This document shows, piece by piece, positions 7,745 to 17,326 of a DNA stretch of 64,000 nucleotides. Origin of the DNA: Escherichia phage ECML-183-2; sequence record OL631481.1, one strand, 5' to 3'. Made by a program: the position numbers and the translations under genes. Within the stretch, counting starts at the first letter, position 1, and each line of letters starts with the position of its first letter. A model generated the notes under the pieces. It did not search any database. It worked only from the letters and a program-made list of their open reading frames with translations, and was not told the origin of the DNA.

Positions 7745-10700
7745 TTAGGTTGTTGGCACATCTACCACTGGTGTTGGGCGAATAACCGCAGTATTACCTA
7801 CAGAAACATTACTAGAATCGTTAGGTATGGTTTTGATTCTAACTCCAGCACTCGTAGGCGTTACAATCGGATCTGCAATGTCTATTTTAACTGGGTTAGT
7901 CCACGTATCATTATCTTGATAAGGTGCACGAGTAATAACTGTGTCCAAATCTGCTCCACCTACACCAGCACCAGGAATACGGATACGTGTTCCTGCTGAC
8001 AGAGGATAGTGATACAACCAAGAAGCGTTTGTTGCTGTCCCATTAGGAGTCAAGTTCTGTGTCAGGAAGGTATCTCCTGCTTGTGTAGCTCGAATACCGA
8101 AAGCTGGGATATCTGGAATGTATGCCCCACTTGTTGTTACAAGGAAGAACGTATTATCCGCTTTGACTATCATATCCCCTTTGTCAAACTCCTTCCCTGT
8201 TGGGAAATGCATCCCATCAATGTTTCGGCTAGGGTTAGGCTCTAAGTAATAAACTTTGCTAGTTGTCCCTACAATAGCTCCAATACCACCTGCGATATTG
8301 GTATACATATTAGCTTCAACATTACAGTTGACACGATGAATATCCGAGTAACGGCAACGGCTCCACTGTGGACGACCAGTAACCATCGTCTTGCCATCTG
8401 GGTAACAGTTTACGTTAACCATCTCAAGAACAGATTTTTCTCTACGGAAGAATCCATCATAAAATGTCCCTGGACCAGATTCAGGTTGACCAACACAATC
8501 AAAGATATTACAGGTGATGTTAGACATTGAAAGCCAAGAAGCTACACCGAACAACTGCAACGCAGCACAACGGATATTCTCAAAGCTGACTCTGTTTTCA
8601 TAACCTGGCCCAGCGGAAACTCCTGCAAAAACACGCCCAGTTTTGGTGTGAATGTTACGAACAGAATAGTTAAAGCATGGGTTTGAAGGTCTGCCCTGTG
8701 CCGGAACTACCGGATTACCCTCTTCGTCCAGAACTGCGTTAGTTCCCCACTCCAAATAAATCATACGGATATTACTTGCAAGTGTGCTACCGTCTGTTTT
8801 AGGCTCTCCATAAACACCATCAATCGTAAAATCTTTACTTCCATACATTACAACTGCGCCAGTTGCCAAACCTGTTCCAACAGATACAGTTTGATCTGGA
8901 TCGCCATGAATGTTTTCGATAGAAATATTACGACCAACTTCTACGTGGACAATCTGACGACAACGTTTTGCAAAAACGTTACGAATTGTAATATTCTTGC
9001 AATATTGATCATCAGGAATTCCGTAACCATATGGTCCTTTACCAGCTACACCAATACCGATACCCCAGTTGGACAGAGGAATAGGAGCGTTAGTCCCATC
9101 GATATTAGACAGGTAAATATTCTCAATCACACAACCATCATCATAATGTTTATTGATGACGTTCAGTTCTATTGCATCACCTTGCATGTCCATGAAGGTA
9201 AGGTTACGGAAGACACCGCGTGTTACTGGTTCCCCTGTTCCTTGTTGAAGGATGCCATATAACCCGTTTTTAAAAGTACAGTTATCAATTTCAAAAGTAC
9301 CTGATATTGGGTTGCCTTGGAATACCAGGCTACCAACTTGACCTGCGCGAGGGGCACCGTCCCACAAACAATCGAACATGCGCACAGCACCACCCCAATA
9401 CATAACACGAGAGTTACGGAAAGTTGTGCCTTCTACTGTAGCATTTTGCACACGATAGTCGCGTTGACCACGGAACACACCCCCACGCAAAGTGATACCT
9501 TGAATATCAAAAGAGCTTGTCGTGAAAGTCATATCGCAACCGTAAGCATCGAGAATCTTGCTTTTCGAAGCTTTTGCTGCTAACAGTGCCGCTTGGAAAG
9601 CTGCTTCTGGTGTGGTATATGTTGTTGTGTTGTTAGCAAATTCTGACAAGTAGACAACATCGAATAAATCGTTGTATGTTCCACCACGAGGGGTTAACAG
9701 TCCTTCTGTATTGGTCAGAACCCATGCATTTGGACCTAATCCACCGCTTGTCTCCAATGTATCGGAGGCCAAAATACTTTTTGGTAAACTTCCAGCCCAA
9801 CGATAACGACCAGCACCACGTCCAATCGTCTGATTTTTAGCTGTCAGAGTTACGTTATTACCAAAGCTTGTAGGCAAATGAACAAACTGTCCACGTTCAA
9901 CAGCTAGTGCAGAAAGATCTACAGATCCCCCAGAATAAGTCATTACTCCAGAAACAGACAAAGATGTTAAAGTTCCTGTGATGTTAGGAGGTAATGTGTA
10001 GGAAGACTGTGCTACTGGATCATACAGAGCTTTAATCCCTGTTAACGATTGACCTGCTATTGCGTAAGCCACCTCATCATCTAACAAACCATATTTACGA
10101 GCAATAGTTTGCAGAGGGACTTTATCCATGCTTTCTGTTAGTTCTTCCGTTTTTGTTTCTAAACTAACAAGACGATTCTCTAGGTTAGGATCTGTATCTG
10201 CTGAAGCTACGATTTTACCAATATAAGCAAAAAGCTTGTTTGGCAGTCCTGTCGCAGGATCGTGTCCCAAAGGTTCAGATAAGATGATCTTACTATCTTC
10301 TATGCGGAAAGCTTCTCCCAGAACCTGAATAACACCATTGATCGTAACAATAGCACTATCAAAGATGTAGGGAGGACTGATTACTGTTTCATAACCAGTT
10401 GCACCAGAATATACCCAAGGGGTGACTTCTGTTGCCAATTGTTCTGTTTTCAGTCCCCACAATACCCAGTTGTTATCTCCTACTGGAGTCCCTTGCATAG
10501 GGATTGGGTTAACCAATGTAGCGTTAGGGGCGTAGTAATAACCGCTCAATACTCCATTCTGGAAATAACGAAGTTGGTTAAAAACTGTTTCGTTTGTGCC
10601 TTGCGCCCAATCTAATGGGCTTTTAAAGAAAAAGTTGTCAACAAGGGCTTTTCTCAGGGTTGGTATCAACCCTGATTCTGTTTCAATACTCTCTGTAGCA

Positions 10701-10798
10701 CTTCCATTAATAACATCATGGAGTTGGTTAGACGAGAAAATAACCAGATCTACGCCCTGTTCAAGAGACGTTGCTGGATATGTTGGGAATGTTGCCAT
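7745..10798 (-). CDS. tailspike-like protein, probable right-handed beta-helix (depolymerase-like) domain
   Basis: 1017 aa; long region of short repetitive beta-strand-like segments rich in N/G/I/V. Confidence 0.5.
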   Translation of the reverse strand: MATFPTYPATSLEQGVDLVIFSSNQLHDVINGSATESIETESGLIPTLRKALVDNFFFKSPLDWAQGTNETVFNQLRYFQNGVLSGYYYAPNATLVNPIPMQGTPVGDNNWVLWGLKTEQLATEVTPWVYSGATGYETVISPPYIFDSAIVTINGVIQVLGEAFRIEDSKIILSEPLGHDPATGLPNKLFAYIGKIVASADTDPNLENRLVSLETKTEELTESMDKVPLQTIARKYGLLDDEVAYAIAGQSLTGIKALYDPVAQSSYTLPPNITGTLTSLSVSGVMTYSGGSVDLSALAVERGQFVHLPTSFGNNVTLTAKNQTIGRGAGRYRWAGSLPKSILASDTLETSGGLGPNAWVLTNTEGLLTPRGGTYNDLFDVVYLSEFANNTTTYTTPEAAFQAALLAAKASKSKILDAYGCDMTFTTSSFDIQGITLRGGVFRGQRDYRVQNATVEGTTFRNSRVMYWGGAVRMFDCLWDGAPRAGQVGSLVFQGNPISGTFEIDNCTFKNGLYGILQQGTGEPVTRGVFRNLTFMDMQGDAIELNVINKHYDDGCVIENIYLSNIDGTNAPIPLSNWGIGIGVAGKGPYGYGIPDDQYCKNITIRNVFAKRCRQIVHVEVGRNISIENIHGDPDQTVSVGTGLATGAVVMYGSKDFTIDGVYGEPKTDGSTLASNIRMIYLEWGTNAVLDEEGNPVVPAQGRPSNPCFNYSVRNIHTKTGRVFAGVSAGPGYENRVSFENIRCAALQLFGVASWLSMSNITCNIFDCVGQPESGPGTFYDGFFRREKSVLEMVNVNCYPDGKTMVTGRPQWSRCRYSDIHRVNCNVEANMYTNIAGGIGAIVGTTSKVYYLEPNPSRNIDGMHFPTGKEFDKGDMIVKADNTFFLVTTSGAYIPDIPAFGIRATQAGDTFLTQNLTPNGTATNASWLYHYPLSAGTRIRIPGAGVGGADLDTVITRAPYQDNDTWTNPVKIDIADPIVTPTSAGVRIKTIPNDSSNVSVGNTAVIRPTPVVDVPTT

Positions 10799-10801
10799 TA
10801 A

Positions 10802-11137
10802 TTACCCCTTATTCTGTGTACGTTTAACTATGTCATCTAGCATCATTTGAATAGTCGCATTCTTGAGGTCCATAATCTTTTCAATTTTTTGCTCAAGAGT
10901 GTTATTATTTGCCATTAATGTAGAGTTAATTTGATTTAGCATCTGGGTAAGTTCGGCTTTAGTTGCATAAGTTGATTCAACAAAGACCAACTTCTTCTCT
11001 AGCTCTCGACTTTTCTCCTCCATTTCCTCAAGATCAGAGCCGAATTTATCCATTTTTTGTTTGAAAAAGAACCAGATGACTCCGATTAAAGGGATGATTG
11101 CATCCTTGGCAAGTCCCCATGCTTCTTGAAATTCCAT
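10802..11137 (-). CDS. small membrane-anchored coiled-coil protein
   Basis: N-terminal hydrophobic helix (IIPLIGVIWFFF) followed by charged heptad-like region. Confidence 0.45.
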   Translation of the reverse strand: MEFQEAWGLAKDAIIPLIGVIWFFFKQKMDKFGSDLEEMEEKSRELEKKLVFVESTYATKAELTQMLNQINSTLMANNNTLEQKIEKIMDLKNATIQMMLDDIVKRTQNKG

Positions 11138-11147
11138 ACTGTATCCC

Positions 11148-11687
11148 TTACTGAGTAGGTCTATCGGGCCATTGAATGTTGTTCAAGTCTTTCAGATCTA
11201 ACAAAACTAAAGATGCTCGATATAACTTAACAGCTTTTAACCATTTTTCTTGTTCCTCTGACAAACCTTGTAACTCTTGCAAATCTGTCAAAGCACCTAT
11301 TTGGTTTCCAGCCCACGTCAATTCTGTCTCTAGTGTAGTATCCACATCTTCTTGCGTCCAAGTATTATGTTTTTCAAAAGTTGTTCCATTATATCTCCAT
11401 TGTCTTGGGTATTCAGCCATACCTTTTGGAACGTTATCTGTAACAACAACACGCATATTGTGGGGGAATAATCCTACTGCATCTTCCCCTACACCTAAGA
11501 CTAAGTTATCAGTATTTAAACTAACAAAATATGCATCAGGATACTTAGCATCTAACTCTTTCGATAAATCATACCAATCCCTGCCAGAGGAATCTCTTAA
11601 AAATCCTACCCCTAAACCAATTAAAAAGAGCGTCTCTTCATTAGGTTCTGGAGTATATAGTTCAAAACCATCGTAAACAATATTCAT
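11148..11687 (-). CDS. hypothetical protein (possible tail fibre assembly protein by position)
   Basis: 179 aa ORF immediately downstream of a tail fibre gene. Confidence 0.45.
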   Translation of the reverse strand: MNIVYDGFELYTPEPNEETLFLIGLGVGFLRDSSGRDWYDLSKELDAKYPDAYFVSLNTDNLVLGVGEDAVGLFPHNMRVVVTDNVPKGMAEYPRQWRYNGTTFEKHNTWTQEDVDTTLETELTWAGNQIGALTDLQELQGLSEEQEKWLKAVKLYRASLVLLDLKDLNNIQWPDRPTQ

Positions 11688-11702
11688 TATTTATTCTCCT
11701 AC

Positions 11703-12734
11703 TTAGTAGCTTACTGTTACCCATCTACCATTTACATAGTACTGCAATGGACCAGACCAATAAGAAGCACCACGAAGTTCTTTCTTATCACCGAAAGCCC
11801 AACCAGTCATAACGTGACCAGCATAGTAAGGGGATTCTGATACACCTAACTGAATACGTCCATTAATACGAACTGCCGTTACACGTGCATTCACTTGACT
11901 TTGAAGCGAGTTTATTTGACTTTGTAAGCTGTTTTGCAAATTATCAATACGAGAATTTAAATTGCTATTAACATTATTCAAATTATTTTGAACGCTGTTA
12001 ATGTTTGTTTGTAATGTATTTTGAAGAGAGCTTAAACGAGAGTTCAAATAATCTAAGCGGACCAAAGCATTTCCGTTTGAAGTATCTTGTCCACTATTCG
12101 ATCTTGGATTGTCAATTAGAACATAACCAGCATCATATAAACGAACGCCAGCCGCAACGCCACCTGTGCTAGGATTTCTACGATAGATGTAAAGCTGGCC
12201 TCCGGTTTGATACTCAGCAGAAATCTCACCATTTGTTTGTCCTGCAAAGTTTTTGAAGAACAGGGTTGCAGGATCTGTTGTGGAAGTGCCATTAACATAA
12301 ACATCGCCACCATAAATAGCACCACCCGCATCACGTTTTACCAACACATTTGGTGTTACTGTTGAACTAGTAGCATCTGTAATGTTTGCTGACAAGTGAT
12401 TATGACTGTTATCTTGAACTTGGATAGATAAAGTAACTTCTTTATTACCGTTCCAAGTAGCCTCACCAGTAGCATCACCTGCCATTGTAATCTTAGTTCC
12501 AACTAAAGGCAAGTAGGTATTAGGTAAAGTTGGAAGAAAGTCATCCACCAAATAGCGAATCCATAAACCGATATTATTAAGAATCCAGTTCATTTCTTCG
12601 CAAGTCATGATTTGACCATAATCCATACCAACTGTGCGGATGGTTTCTTTAGGTCTAATTTTGTTTGTGTTTAAAGTTCCTGGGAGCGTTACAGTTTGTG
12701 TAGCCCAGTCAGGATAATATATTGGCTTCGCCAT
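11703..12734 (-). CDS. tail fibre protein
   Basis: 343 aa; Asn/Ser/Gln-rich repeat segment (NNVNSNLNSRIDNLQNSLQSQINSLQSQVN) typical of fibre shafts. Confidence 0.5.
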   Translation of the reverse strand: MAKPIYYPDWATQTVTLPGTLNTNKIRPKETIRTVGMDYGQIMTCEEMNWILNNIGLWIRYLVDDFLPTLPNTYLPLVGTKITMAGDATGEATWNGNKEVTLSIQVQDNSHNHLSANITDATSSTVTPNVLVKRDAGGAIYGGDVYVNGTSTTDPATLFFKNFAGQTNGEISAEYQTGGQLYIYRRNPSTGGVAAGVRLYDAGYVLIDNPRSNSGQDTSNGNALVRLDYLNSRLSSLQNTLQTNINSVQNNLNNVNSNLNSRIDNLQNSLQSQINSLQSQVNARVTAVRINGRIQLGVSESPYYAGHVMTGWAFGDKKELRGASYWSGPLQYYVNGRWVTVSY

Positions 12735-12743
12735 TTAAACTCC

Positions 12744-13373
12744 TTAATCTATTTGCTTGAGAAGCGTACACATGCGTCCTGTTTCATCCCCAGTAGATTC
12801 CATGTACAGGGAACCTAAACCACCAATACCATGAGGCGGTTTGGTAGCATAATAAGAACTAAAACCAAAAGCTGATCCTGCTTTTGCTCCAAGACGGTAG
12901 CTACTAATAATAGGGAAAACACTTAGCAACTGCTCTAAAGCTTGATCAGATTGAAGACACAGGTTGTAGAAAAACACATCAAAGGTTTTATTCAAACCTA
13001 CGTAAGTATTAAGCGTTTCACGCTCTGTTCCTGTGAAACGGGCGAAGATATCAATTATGTCACCACGAGTCCCCGATGAGGCTACGCGGTAAGCCCTGAT
13101 TTTTAATATTGTTCTATACTCTTCATCATCAGAGCCATTACGTTCGATCCCCATTTCTTCCCCTAGAATATCTAGGTATTTGCCTGTGGCTGTAGAGATC
13201 AAGCGGTGTTTAGCAAGATAGATCATTGCCTGATCTATCTTTTGCTTTTCACTGGATACGATGTAGAGGAGCTTGACAATGTTAGGAGAAGATTTAAAAT
13301 CTTCAATCAGAAGGTTTTTAACATCTTCATTGATACTGGCCCAAGTTGTTACATGGTCAACACTCACTGCCAT
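12744..13373 (-). CDS. baseplate/tail protein (P2 gpI-like by position)
   Basis: 209 aa, between baseplate J-like and fibre genes. Confidence 0.4.
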   Translation of the reverse strand: MAVSVDHVTTWASINEDVKNLLIEDFKSSPNIVKLLYIVSSEKQKIDQAMIYLAKHRLISTATGKYLDILGEEMGIERNGSDDEEYRTILKIRAYRVASSGTRGDIIDIFARFTGTERETLNTYVGLNKTFDVFFYNLCLQSDQALEQLLSVFPIISSYRLGAKAGSAFGFSSYYATKPPHGIGGLGSLYMESTGDETGRMCTLLKQID

Positions 13374-13375
13374 TT

Positions 13376-14863
13376 TTACACTCCATACTCGTAAGAAATG
13401 TTATCAAGGTCAAAAGAAGGGACAACATTATAAGCAGGAACTATATTATTCTCTGTATATTTACTGTCATCCTCAGTATTAAGTTTAACATAAACACGAA
13501 GAGAAGTCAAGCGTCCAAAAGCAAGTGCTGCATAAATAACACCTTTGATTTGATCGTTCGTTACTGAAGAACCTAACTCAAAGTAAGCTTGCAGGTTTTG
13601 TAAAGCTTCTACGATGTTTTGTTTTTCTGTTCCACTTAAAGTTGTTCCGTTGACAGTTTGATACACAAGTTTTACGGAATACATAGCAGAAGCACCAGGA
13701 GAGAAGCGAATAATTTCTTGTCCTCCATCTTCTGTTGTAACTGTTATGTTAGTTGTTCCGTGTGTCAAAGTGTTGATTGGTTTTGTTTTATAGATAACAT
13801 TTGCAATTTCTTCTGCACTGCCACCATAAACTATAGTCTGGAAAGTCATAGCCGGAGCATGTTCTTGATCATGTAACGTAGGGTTATCATAAATCTTCAC
13901 CTTAGTAACACCATCTGTGAGTAGCAGAGCTTTCACAATAGCTGCTCGTGTCCCTGCGTTAGCTTCATCAACGTTGTCATTGAAACGAGAGCGGAATTCT
14001 GCGTCTGTCTCAACATCCCGACCAGGAGAAAATGAATAGAAGTTACCACTGTCAAGATAACCTGTAAAGGTAGAAGATATCCCTGTAATAGACTCCACAC
14101 CAACAGGATTGTATCCTTTCTCTGCTGCAACTACCGGAATCTCACTCCACTTGGTTCCAACCGGAACACTAGCATAAAATTTAATGGGAGTTACCAGTCC
14201 CACTGGAGTATCACTGGTTAAAGAAGTAAAACCAACTGATAAGTTACCTGAATCAGAAAATACAAGACTACGATCAGCTTCTGTTAAATTCGCCTTGATA
14301 AAAGTTTCAAGATCGGTTATAAATGTAGAAGAACCAGGTGCAAGTGTTTTACTGTTTAGTCCTCCATCCACCGCACTTTGTGCATAAAAAGTAATATTTG
14401 GAACACCTGTAGCAGTTGCATTAGCACGAGAGATTTGATAAGCTGCAATCTTAGCATTCAACATAGTTGGTGTGCTAACATAGTAGTTCATATCACTATC
14501 AGAGTTGAAGTAAATATCCGTGCCTAACTCATAAGTCCAAGCTGCTTTGTTATTACTCTTAACATAGGCATAACCTGTACTTGCTGCTGCCCCTGCTCGA
14601 TAGAAACCGCGTTTAGAAAAGATTTCGTCAAGATAAATACCTTCAGCACCATCCAGTGTTTGAGTATTATAAACACCTTGCATACCTTCCCACAATGTGT
14701 AATCTGTGTATGCAATTATTCTAAACAGTTGTCCGATCACAGTATCTTCCGAAGTGGCTGCATCTGCACCAAATGTGTTTTTTACTGCTGTCATATAATT
14801 GTTTAGAACATCGTCAAAAGTCGGGATTACAAATCCCGCATCTGTCAAACCATATTCATCCAT
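13376..14863 (-). CDS. baseplate J-like wedge protein
   Basis: 495 aa; position and size relative to fibre genes. Confidence 0.45.
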   Translation of the reverse strand: MDEYGLTDAGFVIPTFDDVLNNYMTAVKNTFGADAATSEDTVIGQLFRIIAYTDYTLWEGMQGVYNTQTLDGAEGIYLDEIFSKRGFYRAGAAASTGYAYVKSNNKAAWTYELGTDIYFNSDSDMNYYVSTPTMLNAKIAAYQISRANATATGVPNITFYAQSAVDGGLNSKTLAPGSSTFITDLETFIKANLTEADRSLVFSDSGNLSVGFTSLTSDTPVGLVTPIKFYASVPVGTKWSEIPVVAAEKGYNPVGVESITGISSTFTGYLDSGNFYSFSPGRDVETDAEFRSRFNDNVDEANAGTRAAIVKALLLTDGVTKVKIYDNPTLHDQEHAPAMTFQTIVYGGSAEEIANVIYKTKPINTLTHGTTNITVTTEDGGQEIIRFSPGASAMYSVKLVYQTVNGTTLSGTEKQNIVEALQNLQAYFELGSSVTNDQIKGVIYAALAFGRLTSLRVYVKLNTEDDSKYTENNIVPAYNVVPSFDLDNISYEYGV

Positions 14864-15105
14864 TAGTCATCCTCTTTGGTAGATTGTGATCTGCCCCAAC
14901 GTAAATCAATAAGATTTTTCATGAGGCGAGAAGGGGTTATCATGAAAACAAAAGCCCAACCCATCCATTCAGGAATTTCTTTTTCTATTCCTAAAAAGAT
15001 AAACATGCCTGTCATGGTTAGCATTCCCAGTGCGTTCCACACTTTAGTAGAACTGATTTTGTTGTTTGGATAAGTACAAAACATTCCGATTAAAAACTTT
15101 CTCAT
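14863..15105 (-). CDS. small membrane protein (two predicted TM helices; holin-like)
   Basis: 80 aa with two hydrophobic segments and charged C-terminus. Confidence 0.4.
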   Translation of the reverse strand: MRKFLIGMFCTYPNNKISSTKVWNALGMLTMTGMFIFLGIEKEIPEWMGWAFVFMITPSRLMKNLIDLRWGRSQSTKEDD

Positions 15106-15413
15106 GGTACGTTCTCATTACTTTTTAAATCACGAGATACATCTAATTCCCCAAGGTCTACAGAACCCGCTGAATGCACAAGTACAGCAGCAGCACTAAG
15201 ACTAATGGCAGTAGTACCTGGGGCAATATCAGTAGGTAGGGAGTAAGCTCTTTGAGTCTCCTTATCATAAATAACTTTATACCCACCTAAATCTACACCA
15301 ACCGAAAAGTAAACAATTTCGGATTGCTTAACCCTAAAATGGCAAGCTACTGCTTGCTTATTGGTTAATATTCCAGTGGAGCCTTTACCGCCTTGTGAGA
15401 ACATTTCGTTCAT
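15102..15413 (-). CDS. hypothetical protein
   Basis: 103 aa ORF, start overlaps downstream gene. Confidence 0.45.
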   Translation of the reverse strand: MNEMFSQGGKGSTGILTNKQAVACHFRVKQSEIVYFSVGVDLGGYKVIYDKETQRAYSLPTDIAPGTTAISLSAAAVLVHSAGSVDLGELDVSRDLKSNENVP

Positions 15414-15429
15414 AACAACCTCTTTGTTT

Positions 15430-15454
15430 TTCTAAAAACCCCTCAGAAGAGGGG
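15430..15454 (-). terminator. intrinsic terminator
   Basis: CCCCTC-AGAA-GAGGGG hairpin followed by U-run on minus transcript. Confidence 0.5.
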
Positions 15455-15485
15455 TGCTTATCAATAGTACAAGCAGTTGGCGATT

Positions 15486-15767
15486 TCAACAGTCAATGCT
15501 AGTTGTTGTGTAAGGAGACACTAACTTCGTGTTAACGTGACACTGTTCGAAAGCAACACATGCAGCGGCATACAGTGCATCTATTGCAGGCAACGGAAAC
15601 ATCGATAGTGCACAGGCGTCACGAAATGCAGTCAAATCGGGTTTATTCCCTGTGACTTTAACGGCAGCATCGGGCTTCAGGTAAAAACCAGCACTCCACC
15701 CATCACCACGTACTTCAAGAATGGCAACGCCAACCGCTGTAAATTTTTCAAATTTCATATTAAACAT
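15486..15767 (-). CDS. hypothetical protein
   Basis: 93 aa ORF. Confidence 0.45.
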   Translation of the reverse strand: MFNMKFEKFTAVGVAILEVRGDGWSAGFYLKPDAAVKVTGNKPDLTAFRDACALSMFPLPAIDALYAAACVAFEQCHVNTKLVSPYTTTSIDC

Positions 15768-15929
15768 TCTCCATAGATTCGTTGTTATGGGTAGAATTTT
15801 TTCGATCTAACTCTGTCTGTAATGCGTTCATAGCCGCTGTAAAGGCAGGAACTTCCTGCCCGGTTAAATTAACTCTCAGCATAAACTGCATGATATTTTG
15901 AATAGTTTGCTTATCCATGATTATTCCTA

Positions 15930-17318
15930 TTAAGTTGGGCCAATAAGACCGTGTGTGATCAGAGCATCAGATAATTTTTTTACATATCTGGCCAATTCTA
16001 CCAGCGTCATTGTTTCGGTATTTTTGACCGTGCCATCCGCTGTTCCACTTAGCTGGAAAATTCCAGTTTGTCTGACTGAAAGAACTTTAGTGCTGTTTAT
16101 AGATATGTTCATATTTCTGAAGTTAAATGCACCTGTCGCATCTTCGTAACCAATCCACTTCGTTACTCCGGCGACCGGACCCCAGTAAATCCTATGGTCT
16201 ATATCTAAGTTTATTGCATTACTTTCTTGAAATCTCGCACCAAGAGTGTTCAGACCATATGTGAAGTTGATTCCAGTTCCGTCAGCCCGTGGACCAAGTT
16301 TTATTCCTCCATAACGATGAAGGTTAGACACTGACCCTTCGATTTTCAGCTGTTGAGTATCTTCCAAATAAGCATTTTTCCAATCTCCGGAAGGGAGCAC
16401 ACCACCCCTTCTAAGCCTCATGCCTATCCACCAGCCAGACTCTCCTACTGGACGGTTTGAGCCATCTCCAACGTCAATTCCAATACCACAAGCTGAACCA
16501 CCGTCCGCAGTAGTAACGATAAGACCTCGATAAGGCCCCTCCCCTGTGGGAAGGTTTTCCGGATGAGGCTGAGATGAGAATGAATTCACCAGATTTAATT
16601 CACATCCGACTAACTGAGAAGAGCGCACTCCAGAGCCATCGTTACCATTCCCTGCCTGACCCCAAAGACCCCAAACCCTCCCGTTTCGTCCTATAGCTTT
16701 ACCAGAACCATGTACGCCTATAGCGTCAACTGATTTTCCGGAGGTTAATACATCACCAGCCGAAGATCTTACATAGCCCGAGACACCAATCCCAAAGGCT
16801 GACGCCTCCGGTTCAAGGGTTATCGTTCCCTGCATAGCAACATCAAACCATTTTGTGCCCCCCTCTTCCCTTTTCATCTTGGAGGTTTTTTCTGCCCAGA
16901 TTAATGGGTAAGGGTTTTCGGCTCCGGCTCCTGGTAAACCGCGCTTTAATTTGAACCCACCAGAATAGTTCCTAAACGAAGGATATATATTAAACGTTGC
17001 ATCAACGGTATTGGGCCAATACCCTTCTGGGACAAGGTAGGTAAGGCCCGTGTTGTTCGCGGCAGTAATAGCTACCGTATTGGATTCGGAATCCCCTTTG
17101 GCTCCGCCAGCGAACCCACCCCACGTAATTGGTTTTGGAATATCACCAATAAGACCAGCCCCACCTGAATCTTTCAACTGGGTGGCTAAAACCACCCCAG
17201 TGTCAGTAAGAAAGTTGGAAACTGTGCTTTTAACAGTCTTATCAGGTTGATCTAAAACCAAGTAATCTGAACCATTAACTTTTGATGTTTCGGGTAAATT
17301 AGTAATTGTAGTTGACAT
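15930..17318 (-). CDS. tail/baseplate structural protein
   Basis: 462 aa Gly-rich ORF within the tail module. Confidence 0.45.
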   Translation of the reverse strand: MSTTITNLPETSKVNGSDYLVLDQPDKTVKSTVSNFLTDTGVVLATQLKDSGGAGLIGDIPKPITWGGFAGGAKGDSESNTVAITAANNTGLTYLVPEGYWPNTVDATFNIYPSFRNYSGGFKLKRGLPGAGAENPYPLIWAEKTSKMKREEGGTKWFDVAMQGTITLEPEASAFGIGVSGYVRSSAGDVLTSGKSVDAIGVHGSGKAIGRNGRVWGLWGQAGNGNDGSGVRSSQLVGCELNLVNSFSSQPHPENLPTGEGPYRGLIVTTADGGSACGIGIDVGDGSNRPVGESGWWIGMRLRRGGVLPSGDWKNAYLEDTQQLKIEGSVSNLHRYGGIKLGPRADGTGINFTYGLNTLGARFQESNAINLDIDHRIYWGPVAGVTKWIGYEDATGAFNFRNMNISINSTKVLSVRQTGIFQLSGTADGTVKNTETMTLVELARYVKKLSDALITHGLIGPT

Positions 17319-17326
17319 TTTTACTC

